From a bacterium (GTDB taxonomy: Bacteria; Bacillota; Clostridia; Oscillospirales; CAG-272), in the NCBI GenBank assembly GCA_963643175.1, contig CAVIJF010000003.1:9649-73648 (forward strand): 64,000 nt of DNA, read 5' to 3'. The translations under genes and the position numbers were made by a program. The notes below the pieces were generated by a model that worked only from the letters and a program-made list of their open reading frames with translations, was not told the DNA's origin and ran no database searches. Below, piece after piece: positions 1 to 9,234 of the stretch; position 1 is the stretch's first letter, and each line of letters starts with the position of its first letter.

Positions 1-2
1 TC

Positions 3-1502
3 ATGGGCGTCCGGATGCAGGCGCAGATGCGCTCGGATATGTTCCGCCATCTCGAACGCCTGCCGTACAGCTTTTATGACAACCACGAGACAGGAAAGAT
101 TATGTCCCGTATGACCAATGACCTGCAGGACATTAGCGAGCTGGCACACCACGGTCCCGAAAATATCATTATTTCCACAGTCTCGGTCATTATTTCCTTC
201 GTCTACCTCTGCACCATCAACTGGAAACTGACGCTGACCATTTTCATCTGCATTCCCTTCCTGCTGGCGGCGGCGCTGATTCTGCGCAGGAAAATGCGGG
301 AGGCATTCCGGCAGAGCCGGGTGTCGATTGCGCAGATCAACGCCGCGCTGGAGAGCAGCATTTCCGGCATCCGCGTGACCAAGGCGTTCACCAATCAGGC
401 GAAGGAGGAGGAGAAGTTCGAGGAGGGCAACCGCTCCTACATCAAGGCACGCTCCGAGGCGTACCGCGCCATGGGGCAGTTCCACTCCACAACTTCCTTC
501 ATCACGGATGTTTTCAATGTCATCGTGCTGGTCGCAGGGGGACTGATCCTGTTCGGCGCATTCGGGGGCGAGGTCATGCAGATCGGCGACTATACCGCTT
601 TTGTCACATCGGTCAGCCTGTTTATTACGCCGGTCATGACGCTCATCAACTTCATGGAGCAGTACCAGAACGGCGTCACCGGTTTTGAGCGCTTTACCGA
701 GATTATGGACGAGCCGGTGGAGCAGGACGCCCCCGGTGCCACGCCCATCGGAGCGGTGCGCGGACACATTGAATTCCGGAACCTCACCTACGGCTACGGG
801 GACGGCAAGCCGGTGCTGGACAGCATCAGTTTGGACATCCGCCCCGGCGAGACCTTCGCGCTGGTGGGACCCTCCGGCGGCGGCAAGACTACTATCTGCC
901 ACCTGATTCCGCATTTCTATGATTACACGGACGGCGGCATATACATTGACGGGCGCGAGCTGCACAGCATCACCGCCGAGTCCCTGCGCCGCAATATCGG
1001 CATTGTCCAGCAGGACATTTACCTTTTCAACGCATCCATCCGGGACAATATCCTGTACGGACGGCTGGACGCGACGCAGGAGGAGGTCGAGGAGGCAGCC
1101 CGGCGCGCCAACATCCACGACTACATCATGACGTTGGAGGATGGCTATGACACGGTAATCGGCGAGCGCGGCGTGCGGCTGTCCGGCGGGCAGAAGCAGC
1201 GGCTGAGCATCGCGCGGGTGTTCCTCAAGAATCCGCCCATCCTGATTCTGGACGAGGCGACCAGTGCGCTGGACAACACGACCGAAATCCTGATTCAGCA
1301 GGCGCTGGACGAGCTGTGCCGCGGACGCACGACCATTGTCGTGGCGCACCGTCTGTCCACCATCAAGAATGCGGACGAGATTGCCGTCATCGCGGACGGC
1401 CGCGTGCAGGAATTGGGCGACCACGAGATGCTCATGGAGCTGAACGGCGCCTACCGCGCGCTGTACGACCTGCAATTCCGGGTGGATTCCGGTTGTCGGT
1501 AA
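3..1502 (+). CDS. ABC transporter ATP-binding/permease protein (type I exporter, MsbA/LmrA-like), 5' end cut by window edge
   Basis: TM segments followed by Walker A GPSGGGKTT, ABC signature LSGGQKQR, Walker B ILILDEATSALD and H-loop VVAHRLST. The frame is open to the window start. Confidence 0.9.
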   Translation: MGVRMQAQMRSDMFRHLERLPYSFYDNHETGKIMSRMTNDLQDISELAHHGPENIIISTVSVIISFVYLCTINWKLTLTIFICIPFLLAAALILRRKMREAFRQSRVSIAQINAALESSISGIRVTKAFTNQAKEEEKFEEGNRSYIKARSEAYRAMGQFHSTTSFITDVFNVIVLVAGGLILFGAFGGEVMQIGDYTAFVTSVSLFITPVMTLINFMEQYQNGVTGFERFTEIMDEPVEQDAPGATPIGAVRGHIEFRNLTYGYGDGKPVLDSISLDIRPGETFALVGPSGGGKTTICHLIPHFYDYTDGGIYIDGRELHSITAESLRRNIGIVQQDIYLFNASIRDNILYGRLDATQEEVEEAARRANIHDYIMTLEDGYDTVIGERGVRLSGGQKQRLSIARVFLKNPPILILDEATSALDNTTEILIQQALDELCRGRTTIVVAHRLSTIKNADEIAVIADGRVQELGDHEMLMELNGAYRALYDLQFRVDSGCR

Positions 1503-1586
1503 GGCGGAATGCGGAGAAACGCCGGCTGATTGCAGATCCGGCAGTCAGCCGGGCGGTGTTTCCCGGAGCGGCGCATGGAGACAAGC

Positions 1587-1616
1587 AAAAAGGAACCTGC
1601 GGACAGGTTCCTTTTT
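1587..1616. terminator. Bidirectional intrinsic terminator between convergent genes
   Basis: AAAAAGGAACCTG-cgga-CAGGTTCCTTTTT: perfect stem flanked by an A-run and a T-run. Confidence 0.75.
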
Positions 1617-1635
1617 GTATGGGCAGCATGCGGTA

Positions 1636-1881
1636 TCAGCCCTTTGCGCAGATCATGTGCTTGAACAGCAGGCACCAGACGAGATCCAGCCAGCCGAAAC
1701 CGACGCCGAAGAAAGTCACGAGAATTGCAAAAATCAGCGACAGTACGCTCTTGGTGTGGATAAAGGACGACCACCGCACCAGAATTTCAATAACCCAGTT
1801 CACGCCCGGAATCAACAGCAGAATAAGCTGCGCAAGGCGGGGCAAATCGTTGAACCAACCGACAACACCGTTTTTCGACAT
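1636..1881 (-). CDS. Small integral membrane protein (81 aa, two predicted TM helices), function unknown
   Basis: Internal ATG at 1881 is preceded by GGAGGAAATGCT. The protein MSKNGVVGWFNDLPRLAQLILLLIPGVNW... is hydrophobic. The upstream 110 codons of the track ORF look non-coding. Confidence 0.65.
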   Translation of the reverse strand: MSKNGVVGWFNDLPRLAQLILLLIPGVNWVIEILVRWSSFIHTKSVLSLIFAILVTFFGVGFGWLDLVWCLLFKHMICAKG

Positions 1882-1904
1882 AGCATTTCCTCCGAAAGAA
1901 TATT

Positions 1905-1945
1905 GGAATCGCTGATTTATCCGGCAGCGTTTCCTGAAATTTTCC
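1905..1945 (-). promoter_or_regulatory. Conserved leader hairpin motif (copy 1), just upstream of the RBS of the small membrane protein gene
   Basis: The minus strand reads GGAAAATTTCAGGAAACGCTGCCGGATAAATCAGCGATTCC. It shares CTGCCGGATAAATC[A/G]GCGATTCC with 36311-36347. Confidence 0.35.
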
Positions 1946-2032
1946 AGCGAGCCTTGCCGTCCGACTGTCGCCGGCGACCGGCACCGGTCAATTGTATGCA
2001 ACTTTGACCATCCGTATGCATCGCTTGCGGGA

Positions 2033-2061
2033 ATTATACACCATTTTTGACGGAAAGTCAA
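2033..2061 (-). promoter_or_regulatory. Sigma-70-type promoter for the small membrane protein gene
   Basis: The minus strand reads TTGACT-17 nt-TATAAT with TG at the extended -10 position. It leaves a leader of about 145 nt. Confidence 0.55.
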
Positions 2062-2119
2062 GTATTTCGGCAGAAAAATTCGGGCGGCGGTATAATTTTT
2101 TCCTGCCGCCCGGCGGCTT

Positions 2120-2220
2120 TCGGGGGGCAGGCGCCCCTTCCGGTACCGCAAACCTACCGGTATGCCCGTGCCGCTCCCGGCGCAGACGCAGGGATACAAG
2201 GGGCGAAGCACTTAGCCAAC
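2120..2220 (+). repeat. GC-rich intergenic repeat, truncated copy (F)
   Basis: CCTTCCGGTACCGCAAAC..CCGGCGCAGACGCAGGGATACAAGGGGCGAAGC matches the 5' half of the family. It breaks inside hairpin 1 at about 2214, next to the LRR gene stop codon. Confidence 0.7.
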
Positions 2221-2221
2221 G

Positions 2222-3013
2222 TCAGCCTGCCCCCAGCAGTTCCGGCAAAGTCGGCAGGGCAGGGCACTCCCGGAAAGCGGATCCGGCTACCATGCAGGGA
2301 GAGGCGGGCAATTGCATTACCCGCAGGGAGGCGCACCACGCGAACGCGGCGTCCTCAATCATGCGCAGACTGTCCGGCGTCTGCACGGCCTCCAGCGATA
2401 CGCACGCGGAAAAGGCGGCGGCGCCGATGCGGGTCAGACGCCCCGGCAGGCGGATGTGCAGCAGCTGACGGCACCCCTCAAACATTCCTTCCGGGACGGC
2501 GGTCAGGCTGTCCGGCAGCACGGCGCTGCGCAGACGGGTGCAGTAAGCGAAGGCGCAGTTCCCGACGCTGCGCAGTCCGGCAAGATGCCCCAGCCGGAGT
2601 ACGGTCAGACGCTCGCAGCCAATGAAGGCGCGGTCGCCGATGCAGGACAGCCGGCTGTTTCTGCCGAGGCGCAGGTCGGACAGGGAGGAGCAGTAGGCAA
2701 ACGCGCGCCGCCCGACGGATACAACCGTGTCCGGCAGGGACACCACGCGCAGGGACTGACAACCCGAAAATGCCCGGTCGGCGACGGCGACCACGCGCCG
2801 CCCGTCCGGCGCGTACGCCGGAACCGTCACGGATATGGGCGCCGCATCCGCATCTGCCAGCCCGGTGACGGCGCAGGTGGCGTCGTCAAACGCCGCATAC
2901 CGCAGCGCCGGGTACAGTCCGGCACGGTGCGTGTCGGTTTCGCAAAAAAGATTCAGGTTTGTCATACTCGTCACCGCAGCTTCCGTCCGGCGGAAGCTCC
3001 CTTTCCATGGCAT
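2222..3013 (-). CDS. Leucine-rich repeat protein (BspA-type LRR_5 repeats), no signal peptide seen
   Basis: Repeated AFxxCxxLxxVxLPxxLxxIGxxAF units run through the ORF. The start is uncertain (3013, or the ATG at 2965). Confidence 0.75.
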   Translation of the reverse strand: MPWKGSFRRTEAAVTSMTNLNLFCETDTHRAGLYPALRYAAFDDATCAVTGLADADAAPISVTVPAYAPDGRRVVAVADRAFSGCQSLRVVSLPDTVVSVGRRAFAYCSSLSDLRLGRNSRLSCIGDRAFIGCERLTVLRLGHLAGLRSVGNCAFAYCTRLRSAVLPDSLTAVPEGMFEGCRQLLHIRLPGRLTRIGAAAFSACVSLEAVQTPDSLRMIEDAAFAWCASLRVMQLPASPCMVAGSAFRECPALPTLPELLGAG

Positions 3014-3308
3014 TACGGGTTGTCCCGTCCGGACGGCGCCCGTCAGGCACCCCCGGACGGCGGAACCGCCTTTTTCTTTTTTCCAGGCTTTTTTCGCGTT
3101 TTTCTTGGGACAGGTCCATTATAGCACAGCTTTCATCCGAATGTGCGAACAGAGTGTAAACAAAAGTAAAACAAAAGAGAAAAACTTTCCTAAAAAGGAA
3201 CAAATCCGTCCCCGCGGTGCGTCACACCTCGCGATTATTCGGCCAGATTGTTCTTTATTTGGAAGAACCGGAATAAATGCTGCCGCCGCACAAAATGATG
3301 AAAGCCCC

Positions 3309-3337
3309 TTGCAATTGCCCTCGGTATATGGTATAAT
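3309..3337 (+). promoter_or_regulatory. Sigma-70-type promoter upstream of the glycoside-hydrolase-like gene
   Basis: CCCTTGCAA-17 nt-TATAAT. Confidence 0.5.
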
Positions 3338-3456
3338 TCACATGGTATCTCCGGCTTTTCCGGCATGGGAGAGTATATGACCGCAGATGCCCGTTTATAC
3401 ATATAGGGAACCCCTGAAAATTTAGCTGTCCGGCACGGACACGAGAGGAGACGCAT

Positions 3457-6400
3457 ATGAATACCAACGAGATACGGTACACCTTTGCATACCCCGGCGC
3501 TGCATTCCGGGGCAAACCGTTCTGGTCGTGGAACGGCGAGCTACGCGGCGAGGAGCTGGTGCGGCAGGCACACATCATGAAGGAGATGGGGCTTGGCGGT
3601 TACTTCATGCATTCGCGCACGGGGCTTATCACCGAGTATCTGGGCAAGGAATGGTTTGAGCTTATCAACGAGGTCGCGGATGTCGCCGCGGCGGACGGCA
3701 TGGAGGCATGGCTGTACGACGAAGATCGCTGGCCCTCCGGTTCGGCGGGCGGCAAGGTCACGGTTGACCCGCAGTACCGCATGAAGTCGCTGGTTATCAC
3801 CGAAATGCCGGTTGAGCGCTACGAGGGCGGCGAGGCGCCCTTTGCCCTCTACGTCGGCAAGGTGGACGGTATCAACCTCTGGGGCTACCGGGAACTGACG
3901 GACGATCTGTCCCCCGCTACCGTCCGTGCCGCCGTGGAGGCACTGGCACCTGTACACGCGGACGAGCCGGGCACGTGGCGCGTGCTTCGCTTTGACATCG
4001 TGCCGGATGCCTGCAACTCCAACTACAACGGCACAACCTATATCGACACCATGAGCCGCAAGGCGACCGACCGCTTCATCGAGCTGACCCATGAGCAGTA
4101 CCGCGAAAAGTGCGGCGACCGGCTGGGCACCTCCGTCAAGGGTATCTTCACCGATGAGCCGCACCGCGGGCACTGCCTGGATAACCGGCGGGAGCGGGAC
4201 GGCGTTATGACCTGCTCCGTGTGCTGGACGGACGACCTGTTTGAGGAGTTCCGCCGGCGTTACGGCTACGATGCCCGTTCCATCATCCCGGAGCTGTTTT
4301 ACCGGATGCGCGGCGAGCTGGTCGCACCGATCAAGCTGCATTACATTGATCTGGCGGACAACCTGTTCCTGGAGAATTTCGCCGATCCTATCAACGACTG
4401 GTGCGAAAAGCACGGCATTATCTTCACGGGGCACGTCCTGCACGAGGATTCGCTCATGAATCAGACCGTGCCGGATGGCTCCCTGATGCGCTTCTACGAG
4501 CATATGGGCTATCCCGGCGTCGATTGCCTGACCGAGCACAACCGCTGCTACTGGATTGTCAAGCAGCTTGCTTCCACCGCCCGGCAGACCGGCAAACGCT
4601 GGATGCTGTCCGAGCTGTACGGCTGCACCGGCTGGCAGTTCAACTTCAAGTCGCACAAGGCGGTCGGCGACTGGCAGGCACTGTTCGGCATCAATCTGCG
4701 CTGCCAGCACCTGTCGTGGTATACCATGGAGGGCGAGTCCAAGCGCGACTATCCCGCCTCCATCCTGCATCAGTCCCCGTGGTATAAGGACTATGCCAAG
4801 GTTGAGGATTACTTCGCCCGCTTCGGACTGGTCATGTACGAGGGCGAGCCGGACTGCGACGTGCTGGTGCTCAATCCCATTGAGTCGGTGTGGTGCCAGG
4901 CGTATGCCGGCTGGGCGAACTGGATCAACAACGTCTCCGCCGAGGTGGCTCCCTACGAGCAGCGCTACGCGCAGCTGTTCCATATGCTGACCGACCGGCA
5001 GATCGACTTTGACTACGGTGAGGAGGACATGATGTCCCGGCTGGGCGGCGTCTCTCGCGGGGCGGACGGCAAGCCGGTTCTGACCATCGGCAAGGCATCC
5101 TACCGCACCGTGGTGGTTGCGGATATGCTGACCATCCGCCCGACGACGCTGGCACTGCTGCGTCGGTTTGCGGATATGGGCGGCAAGGTCATCTTTGCGG
5201 GCGACCTGCCGGCTTATGTGAACGCGGTGCGCTCCGACGAGCCTGCCCGCCTTGCGGCGGACTGCGCGTGCGTTCCCTTTGACGGCGAGGCACTGGCGGC
5301 GGCTGTCCGGGCAAACGGCGGCGCGTATGTCAGCATCACCCGGGCGGATGGCACGTCGGAAACCGATGTGTTCGCGCAGGTGCGGCAGAATTTCGGCGGG
5401 GACGGCTACGCGGTGGTCGTGCTGAACACTGACCGGGAGACGGGCAGACGCGGTATGACGCTGTCGCTCCGCGTGCCGGACGGCTACGCCGTGCAGGAAT
5501 GGAACATGGAGAGCGGCGAGCGGTATGACGCATCGGCGCTGGCGCACCGTGCGGGGGACTGCACGGCGATAGACCTTACGCTGGAGCCGGCGGGCACCCG
5601 CTGCTTCGTGCTGACGCGGAGTGCCGAGGTGCTCCCGCCCGTCCGGACATGGGAGACGGTGGCGGAAGCGACCGTGCGCGGCGAATTCCTTTACAACCGC
5701 GACGAGCCGAACGTCTGCGTGCTGGACTGGACGCGCTGGCGCTGGGTCGGCGAGCCGGAATTCCACGCACTGGCAGAGGTGCTCAAGGCGGATCGGCAGG
5801 TGCGCGACAGTCTGGGACTGGAGCACCGCGGCGGCGAGATGCTGCAGCCGTGGTACGCCAAGAACTTTGACACCAAGCGGTACGGGGAGCTGGAGCTGGA
5901 GTATACCTTTGAGATTGAGAAACTGCCGGAGGGAACCGTATATCTGGCAGGCGAGCGTCCGGAACTGAACCACTACGCCATCAACGGCGTGGCACTGACC
6001 AGCACCGACATCAACGATTTCTGGGTGGATGACTGCTTCAAGAAGATGCAGATTCCGGCAGGCGCCCTGCGGCTCGGAAAGAACACCGTGACTGTCCGGG
6101 TCAGCTTCCTGCGCACCACCAATATCGAGGCGCTGTACCTTGTGGGTGAGTTCGGCGTGAAGACGCAGGGGCAGGTCTGCACCCTGACCGGACTGCCGGA
6201 GCGCATCGGCTGTGAGAATTATGAAAACTACAATCTGCCGTTCTACACCGGCTGCATGACCTACCGTCTGACGCCGGAACAGTACCTGGGCATTCTGGGT
6301 GACGCCGCCGACAGTGCCGGGCGCATCCTGCTGTCGCCCGCGTCCTTCACCGGCGGTTGCGTCCGGGTGAGCGCCATGGGCAGAACGACCGTGCTGGGAT

Positions 6401-6627
6401 GGAATCCCTACGAGGCGGACGTCACCGAGGCGGTGCGCGCCGGGGCGTCCATTGATGTGACCGTGGTCGGGACGCGCCGCAACGTGTTCGGTCCGCTCCA
6501 CCAGGTTCCGAAGATTGCGGGCGCCTACGGACCCGGCAACTTCACGACCGATGGCGCAGGCTGGACGGACGAATACAGCCTGATTGACAGCGGGCTGACC
6601 GGTATCACGCTCCGGGCGCAGGTCTGA
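3457..6627 (+). CDS. Large cytoplasmic glycoside-hydrolase-like protein (1056 aa; GH106 / jelly-roll glycosylhydrolase-like N-terminus), exact family not assigned
   Basis: RBS GAGAGGAG. The N-terminus KPFWSWNGEL...GLGGYFMHSRTGL...EAWLYDEDRWPSG is typical of that group. Amino-acid composition is realistic, unlike the antisense ORF. Confidence 0.6.
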   Translation: MNTNEIRYTFAYPGAAFRGKPFWSWNGELRGEELVRQAHIMKEMGLGGYFMHSRTGLITEYLGKEWFELINEVADVAAADGMEAWLYDEDRWPSGSAGGKVTVDPQYRMKSLVITEMPVERYEGGEAPFALYVGKVDGINLWGYRELTDDLSPATVRAAVEALAPVHADEPGTWRVLRFDIVPDACNSNYNGTTYIDTMSRKATDRFIELTHEQYREKCGDRLGTSVKGIFTDEPHRGHCLDNRRERDGVMTCSVCWTDDLFEEFRRRYGYDARSIIPELFYRMRGELVAPIKLHYIDLADNLFLENFADPINDWCEKHGIIFTGHVLHEDSLMNQTVPDGSLMRFYEHMGYPGVDCLTEHNRCYWIVKQLASTARQTGKRWMLSELYGCTGWQFNFKSHKAVGDWQALFGINLRCQHLSWYTMEGESKRDYPASILHQSPWYKDYAKVEDYFARFGLVMYEGEPDCDVLVLNPIESVWCQAYAGWANWINNVSAEVAPYEQRYAQLFHMLTDRQIDFDYGEEDMMSRLGGVSRGADGKPVLTIGKASYRTVVVADMLTIRPTTLALLRRFADMGGKVIFAGDLPAYVNAVRSDEPARLAADCACVPFDGEALAAAVRANGGAYVSITRADGTSETDVFAQVRQNFGGDGYAVVVLNTDRETGRRGMTLSLRVPDGYAVQEWNMESGERYDASALAHRAGDCTAIDLTLEPAGTRCFVLTRSAEVLPPVRTWETVAEATVRGEFLYNRDEPNVCVLDWTRWRWVGEPEFHALAEVLKADRQVRDSLGLEHRGGEMLQPWYAKNFDTKRYGELELEYTFEIEKLPEGTVYLAGERPELNHYAINGVALTSTDINDFWVDDCFKKMQIPAGALRLGKNTVTVRVSFLRTTNIEALYLVGEFGVKTQGQVCTLTGLPERIGCENYENYNLPFYTGCMTYRLTPEQYLGILGDAADSAGRILLSPASFTGGCVRVSAMGRTTVLGWNPYEADVTEAVRAGASIDVTVVGTRRNVFGPLHQVPKIAGAYGPGNFTTDGAGWTDEYSLIDSGLTGITLRAQV

Positions 6628-6656
6628 CTTCCGGAGCATGGAGGAGGACATTTATA

Positions 6657-7391
6657 ATGGACACAAGGAAATTTGACAATCAGAGTACGCTTGTGGTGGC
6701 ACACCGCGGGCTGTCTGGGCTGGAGCGGGAGAATACCGCCTCTGCCTTTGTGGCGGCGGGCAACCGCCCGTATTACGGCATTGAGACCGATGTATACCGC
6801 ACCAACGACGGGCATTTCGTCATCAACCATGACGGAAACCTGCAGCGCATCGCGGGGGAGAATCTCGGCGTGGAGGGGCTGTCATGGGACAGCCTCCGCA
6901 AAATCGTGCTGTTCGACACCGACGGCACCAAGGGGCGGTATGACCTGCGGCTGGCGAATCTGGAAAACTATATCAGCATATGCAAAAAGTATGAGAAGTA
7001 CTGCGTGCTGGAGCTGAAGAGCATCTTCACACAGGAGGAGACAGACGCCATGATCCGCCTGATTGAAGGGCTGGGCTGGCTGGATCACGTCATTTTCATT
7101 TCCTTCCACTATGAGGATCTGGAGAAGGTGCGTGCCGCCCTGCCGGAGCAGCCCTGCCAGTTCCTGACGGGGGAGAATGGTGACGGGCTGATTGCCCGTC
7201 TGCGTGACGACCGGATGGACATTGATATTCTCCACACCTCGCTGACCCGCGAGCGCGTTGAGGCGATGCACGCCGCCGGGCTGAAAATCAACTGCTGGAC
7301 AGTGGACGACCCGGAACGTGCCGCCGAACTGGCATCGTGGGGCGTGGATTTCATTACGACCAACATCTGCGAGGGAACGAGGGGGCAGTAA
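6657..7391 (+). CDS. Glycerophosphodiester phosphodiesterase family protein (GDPD)
   Basis: VVAHRGLSGLERENTASAF...GIETDVYRTNDGHFVINHD is the GDPD catalytic signature. Confidence 0.85.
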   Translation: MDTRKFDNQSTLVVAHRGLSGLERENTASAFVAAGNRPYYGIETDVYRTNDGHFVINHDGNLQRIAGENLGVEGLSWDSLRKIVLFDTDGTKGRYDLRLANLENYISICKKYEKYCVLELKSIFTQEETDAMIRLIEGLGWLDHVIFISFHYEDLEKVRAALPEQPCQFLTGENGDGLIARLRDDRMDIDILHTSLTRERVEAMHAAGLKINCWTVDDPERAAELASWGVDFITTNICEGTRGQ

Positions 7392-7424
7392 GCAGCATTG
7401 CACCCCGGCTTCCGGATGATTCAG

Positions 7425-7690
7425 CCGGATGCCGGAACGCTGCCTCTGACCCGTGCCGCTCCCGGTCCAGGCGCAGGGATGCAAGGGGCGGCAGCCCCTT
7501 GCACAAGAAAGCTAAAAACTCGCTCTTCCCCTCCGGGGAAGAGCGCTCTGCAGGCGCGGGGCGGGGGGATGGGGTACCGGCAGAAAGCGGAAATCCTTGG
7601 GTGTGACCGGGGGCGCCGTTGCCGGCGTTCCGGAGGGTGCCGAAAACCGCCCGGCACCCCGATACCCCGCAAAAAGTAAGTGCCTTCCCC
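7425..7690 (+). repeat. GC-rich intergenic repeat, copy A
   Basis: The core is at 7471-7574. Hairpin 1 is TGCAAGGGGC-ggca-GCCCCTTGCA, hairpin 2 is CGCTCTTCCCC-tcc-GGGGAAGAGCG, and the tail is CGGGGGGATGGGG. Confidence 0.8.
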
Positions 7691-7709
7691 GAAACCTCCC
7701 GAAAAGCCC

Positions 7710-7738
7710 TTGCAAAACCGGACGGTTTGTTGTATAAT
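7710..7738 (+). promoter_or_regulatory. Sigma-70-type promoter of pgi
   Basis: CCCTTGCAA-17 nt-TATAAT. Confidence 0.55.
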
Positions 7739-7800
7739 AAGGGGCGTGGTCAATGCACAGTATGCATGAATCTGTTCCTGAGCAAGAAAGGAAAAGGAAT

Positions 7801-9135
7801 ATGTCAATACGTTTCAGTCAGCAGTATGCCGCCCCCTTCGTTCGCCCGGAGGAATGCGCACAGCTCCAGCCCATGGTGAACGCTGCCCATGAGCTGCTCA
7901 TTTCGCATAGCGGTGCGGGCAGTGACTTCCTCGGTTGGACAACCCTGCCCGAGGACTACGACCGTGCGGAATTTGCCCGCATCAAGGCGGCGGCGGAGCG
8001 CATCAGAAAGTCCTGCGACGTGTTCATCGCCATCGGAATCGGCGGCTCCTACCTCGGCGCACGGGCTGTCATCGAGTTTGTGAAGTCCCCGCTGTACAAT
8101 AACCTCCGGAAGGATACCCCCGACATCTACTTCGCCGGGAACTGCATCAGCGCCGCTGCCCTGTCCGAACTGGTCAGCATCTGCGAGGGACGCGATGTGT
8201 GCGTCAATGTCATCTCCAAGTCCGGCACTACGACAGAGCCGGCTGTGGCGTTCCGCGTTTTCCGCGCACTGCTGGAGAAAAAGTACGGGAAGGAGGGCGC
8301 ACGGGAGCGCATCTTCGTCACCACCGACCGGCAGAAGGGCACGCTCAAGCACTTTTCGGATGAGGCGGGCTATGAAACCTTCGTCGTCCCCGACGACGTG
8401 GGCGGGCGCTTCTCGGTGCTGACGGCGGTCGGACTGCTGCCCATCGCGGTTGCGGGTATCAACATTGATGAGTTGATGGCGGGTGCCGCCGACGCCATGC
8501 GGCAGTACAGCAGCCCCGACCTTGCGGTAAACGATGCCTACCGGTATGCAGCCCTGCGCAATATCCTGTACCGCAAGGGCAAGACGACCGAGATCCTGGT
8601 CGGCTATGAGCCGTGCGCCGCTATGCTCAACGAGTGGTGGAAGCAGCTCTTCGGCGAGAGCGAGGGCAAGGATCAGAAGGGAATATTCCCCGCCTCGGTT
8701 ATCTTCTCCACCGACCTGCATTCGCTGGGGCAGTATATCCAGGACGGCACGCGCAACCTGTTTGAGACGGTCATTTCCATTGAGAATAACCCGGTTTCCT
8801 TCCCCATCCCGGATGACCCCGCCAACATCGACGGGCTGAACTTCCTGTCCGGCATGGATCTCAACGCCGTGAAAAAGACCGCCATGCAGGCGACACTGCT
8901 GGCGCACAACGACGGCGGCGTGCCCAATCTGCTGTTGGAGCTGAGTGACCGGAGTGAACGGACGCTGGGACAGTTGATTTATTTCTTCGAGCTGGCGTGC
9001 GCCGTTTCCGGGTATCTGCTGGGGGTCAATCCCTTCAACCAGCCCGGCGTGGAGGCGTACAAGAAGAACATGTTTGCCCTGCTGGGCAAGCCCGGATACG
9101 AGGACATGAAGGCGGCGCTGGAAGCCCGCCTGTAA
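7801..9135 (+). CDS. pgi: Glucose-6-phosphate isomerase
   Basis: Firmicutes-type PGI of 444 aa: [33 protein letters not shown]. The ATG at 7801 follows AAAGGAAAAGGAA. Confidence 0.93.
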   Translation: MSIRFSQQYAAPFVRPEECAQLQPMVNAAHELLISHSGAGSDFLGWTTLPEDYDRAEFARIKAAAERIRKSCDVFIAIGIGGSYLGARAVIEFVKSPLYNNLRKDTPDIYFAGNCISAAALSELVSICEGRDVCVNVISKSGTTTEPAVAFRVFRALLEKKYGKEGARERIFVTTDRQKGTLKHFSDEAGYETFVVPDDVGGRFSVLTAVGLLPIAVAGINIDELMAGAADAMRQYSSPDLAVNDAYRYAALRNILYRKGKTTEILVGYEPCAAMLNEWWKQLFGESEGKDQKGIFPASVIFSTDLHSLGQYIQDGTRNLFETVISIENNPVSFPIPDDPANIDGLNFLSGMDLNAVKKTAMQATLLAHNDGGVPNLLLELSDRSERTLGQLIYFFELACAVSGYLLGVNPFNQPGVEAYKKNMFALLGKPGYEDMKAALEARL

Positions 9136-9163
9136 TCCGGGGACGCTCCGGCAAACACATAAC

Positions 9164-9206
9164 GCAAAACCCGCGGCGGGTGCTTCGCACCCGCCGCGGG
9201 TTTTGC
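9164..9206. terminator. Bidirectional intrinsic terminator (pgi / proC convergent)
   Basis: GCAAAACCCGCGGCGGGTGC-ttc-GCACCCGCCGCGGGTTTTGC. Confidence 0.8.
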
Positions 9207-9234
9207 GCACGGTTCCGCGCGGAACCGCTTCGGT

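Noticed and set aside
3541-6651. Very long stop-free antisense ORFs opposite real genes. Examples: 3541-6651 (1036 aa), 45672-49973 (1433 aa), 60297-62966 (889 aa), 42386-44731 (781 aa), 38223-40445 (740 aa), 33561-35636 (691 aa), 28470-30332 (620 aa), 15897-17498, 7804-9210 and 32173-33789.
   Set aside because: Their translations are dominated by Arg, Ala, Gly, His, Pro and Gln, and they lack RBSs and any family motifs. The opposite strand encodes clearly recognisable proteins such as SMC, TopA, PEPCK and EF-Ts. This is the expected artefact of high GC content suppressing stop codons.
7480-7503. Repeat hairpin 1 as a functional promoter, because it contains CCCTTGCA.
   Set aside because: No -10-like hexamer lies 16-18 nt downstream on either strand in any copy. 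The real promoters lie about 100-135 bp further on.
7753-7800. N-terminal extensions of many track ORFs. These include pgi, proC, citrate synthase, rpsB, ffh, ftsY, pckG, yqeK, dCMP deaminase, rimI, the TrmH-family gene, the S component, and 20802-21881.
   Set aside because: Internal starts with good RBSs reproduce the canonical N-termini of the families. The extensions overlap upstream genes or promoters and look non-coding.
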